This document shows, piece after piece, positions 8,512 through 16,745 of a stretch of DNA of 23,423 nucleotides. Made by a program: the position numbers and the translations under genes. A model generated the notes under the pieces. That model ran no database searches and was not told the origin of the DNA. It was given only the letters and a program-made list of their open reading frames with translations. Source of the DNA: Archangiaceae bacterium (GTDB taxonomy: Bacteria > Myxococcota > Myxococcia > Myxococcales > Myxococcaceae). The stretch covers positions 1-23,423 of the forward strand of contig JAYVCD010000399.1 in NCBI GenBank assembly GCA_043750125.1, read 5' to 3'. Position 1 is the stretch's first letter, and every line of letters begins with the position of its first letter.

Positions 8512-9408
8512 TTGCGCGTGCTCCACTCGCTCGATTCGTTGCGGTGTTTCATCGAAGGCGCGCGGCTGTTGAATTTCCGCCGCGCCGCTCGGGTGGTCGC
8601 TCTCACCCCGGCCGCGCTGGGCCAGCGGATCAAGCAACTCGAGGAACAGGTCGGTCGACCGCTGTTCACTCGGACCAGCCGGAAAGTGGTGTTGACCGAA
8701 GCGGGGCTGGCGCTGTTGCCCTATGCGCGTGAAACGCTGACCGCGGCCGACCGCTGTCTTCAGGCGGGCCGAGGAGAGCTTGCCCCCGCTCCAATGGAAA
8801 TCGTCTTCGGGACCCGTCACGAGCTCGGCATGTCGTGGCTGGTTCCGTCACTTCCTGCCCTGCGTGCAGCGCATCCCGGAGTGACCTTTCAACTTTATTT
8901 CGGCTCGGGGGAAGACCTGCTTCTGCGCGTGCGATCCCTCGAAATTCACTGCGCCGTGGGGTCGATGCGATCCACCGACGCGCTGGTCGCCACCCAGGCG
9001 CTGTGCCCTGAGAAATACGTGTTGGTCGCCAGCCCCAAATTGCTGGCGCGAAAGCCGTTTCGACGCCCGTCGGATGCGGGCTCGCACGTGCTGTTCGATG
9101 TGAACCTGGCCCTGCCGCTGTTCAGCTACCTGCGGGAAGCACCCGGGGGAGCGGCCTTCTCTTTTCAACGTTCTGTCGCGATGGGCACGATTGCCGCGAT
9201 GCGCGAGCTGGTCGTCTGGGGCGAAGGAGTGGCGGTGTTGCCCGAATACCTGGTGCTCGCGGACTTCAAAGGGGGCCGGCTGCAGCGGGTGCTGCCGCGC
9301 CAACCCATTCAGCAGGACTGGTTTCGTCTCTTCTTCCGCAGCGACGAGCCGCGACGCGCGACCTTCGAGTCGATCGCTCGAACGCTCAAAGGTCGGCCCT
9401 TGCAGTAG
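8512..9408 (+). CDS. LysR-family transcriptional regulator
   Basis: N-terminal HTH NFRRAARVVALTPAALGQRIKQLEEQVGRPLFTRTSRKVVLTEAG; 298 aa; C-terminal GEGVAVLPEYLV. Start may be GTG 8518. Confidence 0.95.
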   Translation: MRVLHSLDSLRCFIEGARLLNFRRAARVVALTPAALGQRIKQLEEQVGRPLFTRTSRKVVLTEAGLALLPYARETLTAADRCLQAGRGELAPAPMEIVFGTRHELGMSWLVPSLPALRAAHPGVTFQLYFGSGEDLLLRVRSLEIHCAVGSMRSTDALVATQALCPEKYVLVASPKLLARKPFRRPSDAGSHVLFDVNLALPLFSYLREAPGGAAFSFQRSVAMGTIAAMRELVVWGEGVAVLPEYLVLADFKGGRLQRVLPRQPIQQDWFRLFFRSDEPRRATFESIARTLKGRPLQ

Positions 9409-9414
9409 CGGCCT

Positions 9415-10056
9415 TCAGACTGGCAACAGATTGAGCGGGGGGCGCCTGGGCGAGGCCAGGTACGCCGCGATTTTCGGACGTGCAGCAATTCTCGTCGCGA
9501 GGCCGCGCAGACCCGGGCAGTCGGACAGCGCGGGCCCAAAGCCATTGTCGGTGGCCAGCTCCAACAGGTACCAGAGGCTGAGGTCGGCGATCGAGATCGA
9601 GTCCCCGACGAAAAATCCCTTCCCGTTTTGATTCGAGACGAGCAATTTTTCGAGCTGCCCGAACCAGAGCGGAAGCGTCGCCGAGAGCAACTGGCTGCGG
9701 ACCTCGGAACGCCTGGCTTCATCGACGCTGGCGAGCTTGCGCACTTCCAGACGCACGTCATCCACCGCGCCCAGCGCCTGATCGATCAATGCCTGCTCAC
9801 GCAGAGACTTGCCGGCCAGCCCGTGCGTTCGCGCGATGTGATGGGCGATCGCTGCACTCTGGGCGAGACGAAATCCCTCTTCTTCCCACACCGGAACCGC
9901 CAGGAACGGCAGCCGCCCGCTCAGCTTGAGGGCGGCGAATTGCTCGGACCCCTTGAAATGTTCTTCATCGAAAGCGACACCGGCCTCGGCAAGAACCAGA
10001 CGGATCACTTCGGCCCGGCCGCGCGACGGAAAATAGATCAACTTGGGAAGTGGCAT
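9415..10056 (-). CDS. Glutathione S-transferase (Tyr-type, sigma/pi-like)
   Basis: KLIYFPSRGRAEVIRLVLA, LPFLAVPV, LAQSAAIAHHIAR, FFVGDSISIADL. Confidence 0.93.
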   Translation of the reverse strand: MPLPKLIYFPSRGRAEVIRLVLAEAGVAFDEEHFKGSEQFAALKLSGRLPFLAVPVWEEEGFRLAQSAAIAHHIARTHGLAGKSLREQALIDQALGAVDDVRLEVRKLASVDEARRSEVRSQLLSATLPLWFGQLEKLLVSNQNGKGFFVGDSISIADLSLWYLLELATDNGFGPALSDCPGLRGLATRIAARPKIAAYLASPRRPPLNLLPV

Positions 10057-10132
10057 CGGCCCTACCTAACCCACGGGTGCGGCTCGATCGCAGCTTGTTC
10101 TTCGTTTCGAGGGCCAGAGCCGGGCGATCTCT

Positions 10133-11998
10133 TCAGTTGATCGGGCCGATCACCACCGTCGCCCACTGCGCGATGTGGTTCGACGTGGCCAGATCCTGAA
10201 AGGGCAGGGCGAACGCAGGGTAGCTGGGGTCTGCGCCCGGCACGACCTTGTCCGGGTCGACCGCCACCATCCACAGCCAGGTGAGCCCGGACGGTTGGCG
10301 CAGGCCGTAGGCCCGGGTCGACGAGAACGTCACCCATTGGACTTTCGAGCCCGCCGTCTCGGTGCGCTGGAAAGTGAACGGGCTCCACTTCGGAAACGAA
10401 TTGCTCAGCTGGGTTTTGCCCATGTCCCGCTTCCCGGGGCCGTTGGCTCTCTTCAGCTCGACCAACGCCGCGCCCGCTTCCAGCTTCGCGGTGAAGAGCC
10501 TGGCGTCGGGGTCTGAGTCTCCATCGCAGTTCAAGTCGGCCTGCGAGCCCGCATTGCAGTTGGATTCATTGAAGACCAGGTAGTCGCTGCTCGGAGCAAT
10601 CGACGGGTAGTAGCGGTTCTTGCCCGGCACGAAGGGCGCGATCTCCACCGGCGCGCTCCACGTAGCCTGGGTCCGCTTCACCATTCGAATCGAACCCTTG
10701 GTCGGCCACTGCAGCGACACCGCCCGGGGACCCTCTCGCGTCACGCTCGCGTACGCGATGGTGTTGTCATCCGCCGACCAGTCGGGGTGATCGGTCGGTC
10801 GGTCCATCGTTCCGGTGCCGGCAATGCTCTCGACCAGAGCTCCGCTGGTGCCATCGAAGACCCTCAAGTTGAAGTCCGTGCTCCGGTCGTCGACGCCCAC
10901 GAACTTGTTGCTGTCCTTGTTCCACGAGGCGAAGAAGCTCTTGTTCGGAGCAGGGAAGGGCACCGTGGTGGTCTTCGTGGCCACGTCGACGATTGCGATC
11001 CGACCGTCGGTCGAGCCTTCCGCTTCGACCACCATCTTCTTCCCGTCGCGCGACAGCGCATGGCAGCCGATGCAGCCGTTGGCGTTGTTGGCAATGTTCG
11101 AGTCGAGGAACTTGGTCGCCTGGGTCTGGGTCGTCGAGGCGAAGTCGAACCGCATGATCGATTTGGCGGTCGTGGACCAGTAGTAGAGGCCGCCCTGAAT
11201 CTCGTCTCGAGAGAAGCTGACCGTGATCGGAGTCGACTCGCCCACCTGCGCCCCCGCATCGTCGGTGCCTTTGAGCTTCAGCGTCACCGGCCCGCCTCCG
11301 CGATTGGCCGTCGCCAGCGCGCGCCACGCCGCGTCGTCGGGCAGGTAGATGCACCCTCCATTCATCGGAAGGGTGCAGCGCAGGTAGACCTTTACGTCGG
11401 TGTACTGCCCATTCATCGACAGCTCGAACAGGGTGTTGCTCGTCCCAGGCAGGAAGTGCACCTCGAGCTTGCCGAGGTTGGGGGGAAGCAGGCTGCCGTC
11501 GTTCGGGTAGACGAGGTCGCCGGCCCGCGAAGCCACCGGCGTCTTGGTGAACAGCGCCGCGGGATCTGCGGGCAGGTTCATCGACGCGGGATCTCGAATC
11601 ACCTTCTTCAGGTGGACCGTGATCGGAGTCGTGCCGGTGATTCCTTTCAAGGTCACCGTGACCGCGCTCTTCCCCCCTCGATCCACGGACGACTTGAAGC
11701 CGCGCGTCTGGAAAGTGCCCAGGCCCGGGTCGTCCAGGCTGAAGGTCACCTTGGGGGTCACATCTTCGGTCCGGCCTCCCGGGTAGGTCGCCGTCGCCGT
11801 GTAGTTGGCCATCGCTGCCGTGATTCCGTCGGTCATGTACGTCGCGTCGGCGGGCGTCACGGCAATCGACGCGGGCTTCTCGTCCGTGCCTGCGTCCCCA
11901 CCGCCGCCGCCCGAACCCCCGTCTTTTCCAACGCCACCGCCGCAATCACACGCGCAAAGCAGTGCCGCCAAAACTCCTACGCCCAGTCGGGTTCCCAT
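10133..11998 (-). CDS. Lipoprotein with Ig-like domain, CxxCH motif and TolB/PD40-like beta-propeller
   Basis: Signal ends LCAC-DC; Big_2-like ATATYPGGRTEDVT; CIGCH (11060-11074); PD40-like blades HPDWSADD, YPSIAPSS, FPKWSP, WVTFSSTR. Confidence 0.85.
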   Translation of the reverse strand: MGTRLGVGVLAALLCACDCGGGVGKDGGSGGGGGDAGTDEKPASIAVTPADATYMTDGITAAMANYTATATYPGGRTEDVTPKVTFSLDDPGLGTFQTRGFKSSVDRGGKSAVTVTLKGITGTTPITVHLKKVIRDPASMNLPADPAALFTKTPVASRAGDLVYPNDGSLLPPNLGKLEVHFLPGTSNTLFELSMNGQYTDVKVYLRCTLPMNGGCIYLPDDAAWRALATANRGGGPVTLKLKGTDDAGAQVGESTPITVSFSRDEIQGGLYYWSTTAKSIMRFDFASTTQTQATKFLDSNIANNANGCIGCHALSRDGKKMVVEAEGSTDGRIAIVDVATKTTTVPFPAPNKSFFASWNKDSNKFVGVDDRSTDFNLRVFDGTSGALVESIAGTGTMDRPTDHPDWSADDNTIAYASVTREGPRAVSLQWPTKGSIRMVKRTQATWSAPVEIAPFVPGKNRYYPSIAPSSDYLVFNESNCNAGSQADLNCDGDSDPDARLFTAKLEAGAALVELKRANGPGKRDMGKTQLSNSFPKWSPFTFQRTETAGSKVQWVTFSSTRAYGLRQPSGLTWLWMVAVDPDKVVPGADPSYPAFALPFQDLATSNHIAQWATVVIGPIN

Positions 11999-12007
11999 GG
12001 GCGGAAC

Positions 12008-12205
12008 TTAGCGCCGCATTTGCCGGGCGATAGGGAGCTGACGCACCCACCTTTCGGCACTCTGCGTTGCTTTCACCGCGTTCGGCGCTGAGTTTCCGAC
12101 TGTCAGCACCTCTTCGCTGTCGTGGTGCTGCTCGGTCGCGACCGCGCGGGCCACGACCCACCCTTCAGTGAGGAAGCGTTCTCGCTCGGCGTCGGTGAAA
12201 ATCAT
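12008..12205 (-). pseudogene. Possible remnant of a phytanoyl-CoA dioxygenase (PhyH)-family gene (N-terminus only)
   Basis: MIFTDAERERFLTEGWVVARAV resembles the typical PhyH start (LTxEQxxxFxxxGYxV). The rest lacks recognisable HxD...H ligands. Confidence 0.4.
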
Positions 12206-14327
12206 CACCGACTTTTGTAACCACCCGACGTCGCAGCGCCAACGCCAACAAGCTGAAGGCCGCGAATCCGTCGAGTCCTCCGGTGGACGAGCACCCCCGC
12301 GCCGGCGTCTTCCGGTTCACCGTGATCTGAGTCGTGGCCTTTGCGCCACTGGTTCCGAACGCGATGACTTCCACCGTGTTCGCGCCTTCCTTCAGCGGCA
12401 CCGTCGCAGAGAAAAAGCTGCCCGCCGAAAGGACCGTTGCAACCACTCCATCGACCTTGACCCGCGACAGCTCGAAGTTCGTGCCCGTTCCTTCGACCAC
12501 GATGGTTTCCGTCTTCACCGTCGCGCCTTCCTCCAGGTTGGTCACTCGAATGCTCGGAGGGTCCTGGTTCGGCTCGATTCCCGCCGAGATCACCAGCGCC
12601 CGGGTCATTCTCATTTCGTCGGAAATCCCAATCGCTTCCCGGCGGGTGACGAACCCGGTCGCACTGGTCACCAGCACGTAGTCTCCGGGATCCACGTCGA
12701 AGCTGAACGTGCTGCCCGACTGTTGGCCTGCCGTCGTCCCGTCAGGAGCCAGCAGCGTCACGCTCGCACCCGCCACGGGGCTCGAGGTCGCGGCGTCGAC
12801 CACCGTCCCGGAAACTCCCGAGCGGAACGTCACCGCGCGGGTCAGCCGGCCCGTATTTCCCGCGGCGTCCTTCGCCGACAGCGCAATCTGGTTCGCTCCA
12901 CCGCGCAGCTTGAGGTCGGCGCTGAACTTTCCGTCGGTGACGCTCACCGCGATCGCAGCCGTTCCGTTGAGGCTCAGCTGAATCGAATGAACCGAGCCCG
13001 ATGCATCGCCGACCGTCCCGACCACCGTGAGCGTGGCCAGCTCGAGCACCGCTGCTTCGGTGGGGAAGGAAACGAACACGTCCGGCGGCCGAGGAGTGCC
13101 CGTCGGGCTCAACGCCACCGGCGCCTGCACCGTGGTACCCGCGGTGACACTGCGCATCAGGCTCGCCGTCTCGAAGCCCGTCTTGCTCACCGTCAAGGTG
13201 TACGGGCCAGGCGCCAGCGTGAAGCTGAACTGCCCCGTCGCGCCCGTCATCGTCGTCTGGCCTGCCGCGGTGACCGTGGCTCCAGCAATGGGTTGAGAGT
13301 TGTCGAGCTGAGACACAGTTCCGGCCAGGACCCCCGTCCCCGCGCTCACCACCGAAATTCCCATCGACCCCCAGACCGTGGCTCCTGCGGTCACGGTCCG
13401 CATCACCGAGTTCGACCCGTAGCCCGCCTTGGTGGTGTTCGCGGTGTAGTTCCCCGGCGGCAGGGTGAAGCTGTACAGCCCATCGGCCCCGGTCGTCACC
13501 GTCAGGCCGCCCGCGCTCACAGCGACACCGCCCAGGCGCGCGCTGGTGTTGGTCCCTTCGTAGATGGCTCCGGTCAGAATTCCGGTGGTGGTCACGACCC
13601 CGGCGCCCAGTGCCTGCAGCTGCGCGAGCGTTCCATTGAACTTGTCGAGGTCTACGTTTCCCGAAATGCCCGGGACCGAGCCGGTGCTCGAGTACTGATG
13701 AAAGGTCCAGTTGGTCCACGCCGCCGGCATTCGTGGACAGGTGACTCCATAGTTCGGCACCCACAACGGCTGGGTGTTGAACGCGGTCGTCTTCACGTAG
13801 TCATCCCAGAAGTAGCTGCCCGAATAGATCATCGGGGTGCGACCGGTCGCGTTGTGGACCAGCGTCATCCACTGCTGAACCGCCGCCGCAAGCTGGGTCG
13901 CAGACATTCCCCCGACTTCTTCGACATCGACGGTGGGCGGCAAGTCTCCGGGCCCCAGCGTGGACATCGCCTGGATCATCATCGCGGCCTGCTGGGAAAT
14001 GCTCTGGGTGGGAACCAACCACGCGTAGGCGCCCCGCACCATTCCGACCGACTTCGCGCCCGTCCAGTTGGTCGCGAAATGGGTGTCAGCCGCGAGCCCA
14101 TGGGCGACGCGAATGTTGGCGAAAACTTTCCCGGAGCCCTTCACCGAGGCCCAGTTGATCGTGCCCTGGTACGAGCTCACGTCGATGCCGTCGAGCGTCG
14201 GGCCCCCCGCACACAGCGCTTCTTCCACCGAGGCCGCCGGGTCATTGGGGCCCTCGCCGACGCCACACCCCGCGGTCGCCAGCACACACAGGCAGACCCC
14301 AAAAAGAGAAACCCGCACGTGACGCAT
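12165..14327 (-). CDS. GH25 lysozyme (muramidase) with carboxypeptidase-regulatory-like and Ig-like domains and a MYXO-CTERM-type tail
   Basis: GIDVSSYQGTINW, RGAY, catalytic-type DVEE, WTFHQYSSTGSVPGISGNVDLDKF; repeated TTGADGLYSFTLPPGNY modules; C-terminal RGCSSTGG-hydrophobic-RRR. ATG 14327 is preferred over 14366. Confidence 0.92.
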   Translation of the reverse strand: MRHVRVSLFGVCLCVLATAGCGVGEGPNDPAASVEEALCAGGPTLDGIDVSSYQGTINWASVKGSGKVFANIRVAHGLAADTHFATNWTGAKSVGMVRGAYAWLVPTQSISQQAAMMIQAMSTLGPGDLPPTVDVEEVGGMSATQLAAAVQQWMTLVHNATGRTPMIYSGSYFWDDYVKTTAFNTQPLWVPNYGVTCPRMPAAWTNWTFHQYSSTGSVPGISGNVDLDKFNGTLAQLQALGAGVVTTTGILTGAIYEGTNTSARLGGVAVSAGGLTVTTGADGLYSFTLPPGNYTANTTKAGYGSNSVMRTVTAGATVWGSMGISVVSAGTGVLAGTVSQLDNSQPIAGATVTAAGQTTMTGATGQFSFTLAPGPYTLTVSKTGFETASLMRSVTAGTTVQAPVALSPTGTPRPPDVFVSFPTEAAVLELATLTVVGTVGDASGSVHSIQLSLNGTAAIAVSVTDGKFSADLKLRGGANQIALSAKDAAGNTGRLTRAVTFRSGVSGTVVDAATSSPVAGASVTLLAPDGTTAGQQSGSTFSFDVDPGDYVLVTSATGFVTRREAIGISDEMRMTRALVISAGIEPNQDPPSIRVTNLEEGATVKTETIVVEGTGTNFELSRVKVDGVVATVLSAGSFFSATVPLKEGANTVEVIAFGTSGAKATTQITVNRKTPARGCSSTGGLDGFAAFSLLALALRRRVVTKVGDDFHRRRARTLPH

Positions 14328-14380
14328 GGGGAAGTCGCTTCGGCCGTTCGAGAGGTCACTGCGCATGGGAAAGGCAGTCG

Positions 14381-14396
14381 AGCGAGAAGCGTGCCA
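14381..14396 (-). promoter_or_regulatory. Candidate sigma-54 (-24/-12) promoter for the GH25 gene
   Basis: Minus strand TGGCACGCTTCTCGCT: perfect TGGCACG and GG-N10-GC spacing, about 55 bp upstream of ATG 14327. Confidence 0.6.
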
Positions 14397-14496
14397 CCCC
14401 CCGTTCAGCTTGAGAACCGCCTGAAAAGAGAAGCTGCCTTACGGACAGATCCGACCGCAAATCAGCCAGGCGTCTTCGATGGCTGCGTCACTGCCC

Positions 14497-14515
14497 GGGC
14501 TCAATCTTTGAGCCC
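14497..14515 (-). terminator. Stem-loop downstream of the M3 peptidase gene
   Basis: gggctcaa-tct-ttgagccc, a perfect 8-bp stem about 20 bp after the stop; no clear U-tract. Confidence 0.3.
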
Positions 14516-14536
14516 CCGATGCGACAAAGTGAACGC

Positions 14537-16687
14537 TCAGGGCTTCTTTGTGGCCGGAACCGGAAAGCCCTTGTGCCGCAGCAGCGCGTCCGGCCGCGGA
14601 TCACGCCCACGAAAGTTTCGAAAAGCCTCAGCCGGATCGACGGTGTTTCCGACGCTCATGATCGTGTCGCGAAAGCGCCTGGCCACCTTCTTGTCGTACG
14701 GCCCCGAGGCCTCGGTGAACGCCTCGAACGCGTCGTGATCGAGCACCTCGGCCCAGATGTAGCTGTAGTAGCCGGCCGCGTACCCATCGCCCGAGAAGAT
14801 GTGACCAAACGCCGGAATCCGGTGCCGCATCACCATCTCGGGCGGCATTCCGATCTCGGCCAGGGTCTTCTTCTCGAACGCCTTGGTGTCGATCGGCGTT
14901 TCGCCCGCCAGGTGCAGCTTCATGTCGACGATCGCGCTCGCCTGCGCCTCGGCCGTGGCGAACCCCTCGTTGAACGTGCTGGCCTTCGCGATGCGCGCCA
15001 GCAGGTCGGCCGGAATCGCCTCGCCCTTCGCGTTGACCAGAAACTTCAGCACCTGCGGAGTCGAGAGGTAGTTCTCGTTGAACTGGGAAGGGAACTCGAC
15101 GAAGTCCCGGGTGGTGTTCGTCCCGGACAGCGAAGGGTAGGTCACGTTCGAGTTGAGCCCATGCAGCGCATGGCCGAACTCATGGAACATCGTGCGCGCG
15201 TCGTCCCACGACAAGGTGGCGTCCTGGCCCTTGGCGCCCTTGATGAAGTTGGAGTTGTTGGAAACGATCGTCGTCACGTCTGCATCGGCACGCTGTTGCT
15301 CGCGGTAGGCGTTCATCCACGCCCCCGACTGCTTTCCCGGGCGACCGTAGGGGTCGAAGTACCAGAGCCCGACGTAGTCGCTGCCCCGCTTGACCTCGTA
15401 GACGCTCATCTCAGGGTCGAACACCGGCAGCCCTTCGACCTTCACGAAAGTGAAGTCGTACAGCTGCTGCGCGGCCCAGAACATCGCCTCGCGCACATGC
15501 TGCAACTGCAGGTAGGGCTTCACTTCGTTCAGGTCGAGGTCGTACTTCGCCTTGCGCAGCTTCTCGGCGTAGTACCGGTAGTCCCAGGGGGCGATCTTGA
15601 AGCCGGCGCCTTCCTTGTCGGCGATCGCCTGGGCCTCGAGCACGTCTTTGCGAAACTGCTCGCGCGCAGGCTGCCAGACCGAAAGCATCAGGTTCAGCGC
15701 GGTCTGAGGGTCCTTCGCCATCGTGTCGCCCAACCGCCAGTGCGCGTACGTCGCGTAGCCGAGCAACTTCGCCTTCTTCGCTCGGACCAGCAGAATCTCG
15801 CTGGCGATCTTGTTGTTGTCCCGCTCGTTGCCGTTGTCGCCCCGGCTGGTCCACATCCGAAAACCCTTTTCGCGAAGGGCGCGATTCGAGGCGTAGACGA
15901 GGAACGGCTCCATCGCCGAACGGGCATTCGCGATCAACCATTTGCCCTTCAGCGATCGGCGTTCACCCTCGGCGGCGGCGGCAGCGACCTGCGCTTCCGA
16001 CAGGCCGGCCAGCCCTTCCTTCGCGTCGATCACCAGCGCGTCTTTCTCTTCGTCCCCCAGCTGGTTCTGGCTGAACTGGGTGGTGAGCTTGGCCAGTTGC
16101 TGGTTGTACTGCGAGAGCTGCGCTTTCTGCGCCACGTCGAGGTTCGCCCCCTGACGCACGAAGCTGGTGTGCTGGTACCAGACCAGGCGTTGCTGCTCAG
16201 GCGTGAGCTTGGACTTTTCCGGCGAGTCGTAGACGGCCTTGATGCGCGCGAAGAGCTTCGGGTTCTGAATGATCTGGTCCTGGAAGGCGGCCAGCTTCGG
16301 CGCCATCTCGGTCTCGACCTTCTGGAATTCCGGAGTCGACAGGCTGGTCGTCCACACCCCGAACAGAACCCCCACCCGGGTCAGCGGCTTTCCCGCCTTC
16401 TCGAGCGCGAGCAGCGTGTTGTCGAAGGTCGCTGCCGCGGGGTTGTTGGCGATTTCGTCCATCTCGCGCAGCTGGTCGGCCATCGCCGTCTCGAGCGCGG
16501 GCTTGAAGTCGGACACCTTCACCTTGTCCAGAGGAGGCACGCCTCCGTGCGCACCGACCCACGGCGCCAACAACACTGAACCGGGGGCTGTCTTGTTGCT
16601 CACGGCAGGACTCCCTTTCTTCTGAGCCAAAACGGGTGATGAGAGGACGAGGACACCGGCGATCGCGAGTGGCAGGTAGGTGGGCAT
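14537..16687 (-). CDS. dcp: M3A-family metallopeptidase (peptidyl-dipeptidase Dcp-like), secreted
   Basis: Zinc motif FHEFGHALHG; RDFVEFPSQ; KQSGAWM; HIFSGDGYAAGYYSYIWAEVL; signal peptide MPTYLPLAIAGVLVLSSPVLA from ATG 16687. Confidence 0.93.
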   Translation of the reverse strand: MPTYLPLAIAGVLVLSSPVLAQKKGSPAVSNKTAPGSVLLAPWVGAHGGVPPLDKVKVSDFKPALETAMADQLREMDEIANNPAAATFDNTLLALEKAGKPLTRVGVLFGVWTTSLSTPEFQKVETEMAPKLAAFQDQIIQNPKLFARIKAVYDSPEKSKLTPEQQRLVWYQHTSFVRQGANLDVAQKAQLSQYNQQLAKLTTQFSQNQLGDEEKDALVIDAKEGLAGLSEAQVAAAAAEGERRSLKGKWLIANARSAMEPFLVYASNRALREKGFRMWTSRGDNGNERDNNKIASEILLVRAKKAKLLGYATYAHWRLGDTMAKDPQTALNLMLSVWQPAREQFRKDVLEAQAIADKEGAGFKIAPWDYRYYAEKLRKAKYDLDLNEVKPYLQLQHVREAMFWAAQQLYDFTFVKVEGLPVFDPEMSVYEVKRGSDYVGLWYFDPYGRPGKQSGAWMNAYREQQRADADVTTIVSNNSNFIKGAKGQDATLSWDDARTMFHEFGHALHGLNSNVTYPSLSGTNTTRDFVEFPSQFNENYLSTPQVLKFLVNAKGEAIPADLLARIAKASTFNEGFATAEAQASAIVDMKLHLAGETPIDTKAFEKKTLAEIGMPPEMVMRHRIPAFGHIFSGDGYAAGYYSYIWAEVLDHDAFEAFTEASGPYDKKVARRFRDTIMSVGNTVDPAEAFRNFRGRDPRPDALLRHKGFPVPATKKP

Positions 16688-16745
16688 TGTTTTTCCGACG
16701 CGTCGTTTAGGCGGGACTGCCCCCCGACGGCAACGATTCGAAGTA

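Noticed and set aside
12168-16579. Long plus-strand ORFs 12168-14738 and 14519-16579 (similarly 19900-22230 minus, 7214-8485, 10787-12091)
   Set aside because: These are antisense shadows of well-supported genes in GC-rich DNA, Arg-rich and without family motifs.
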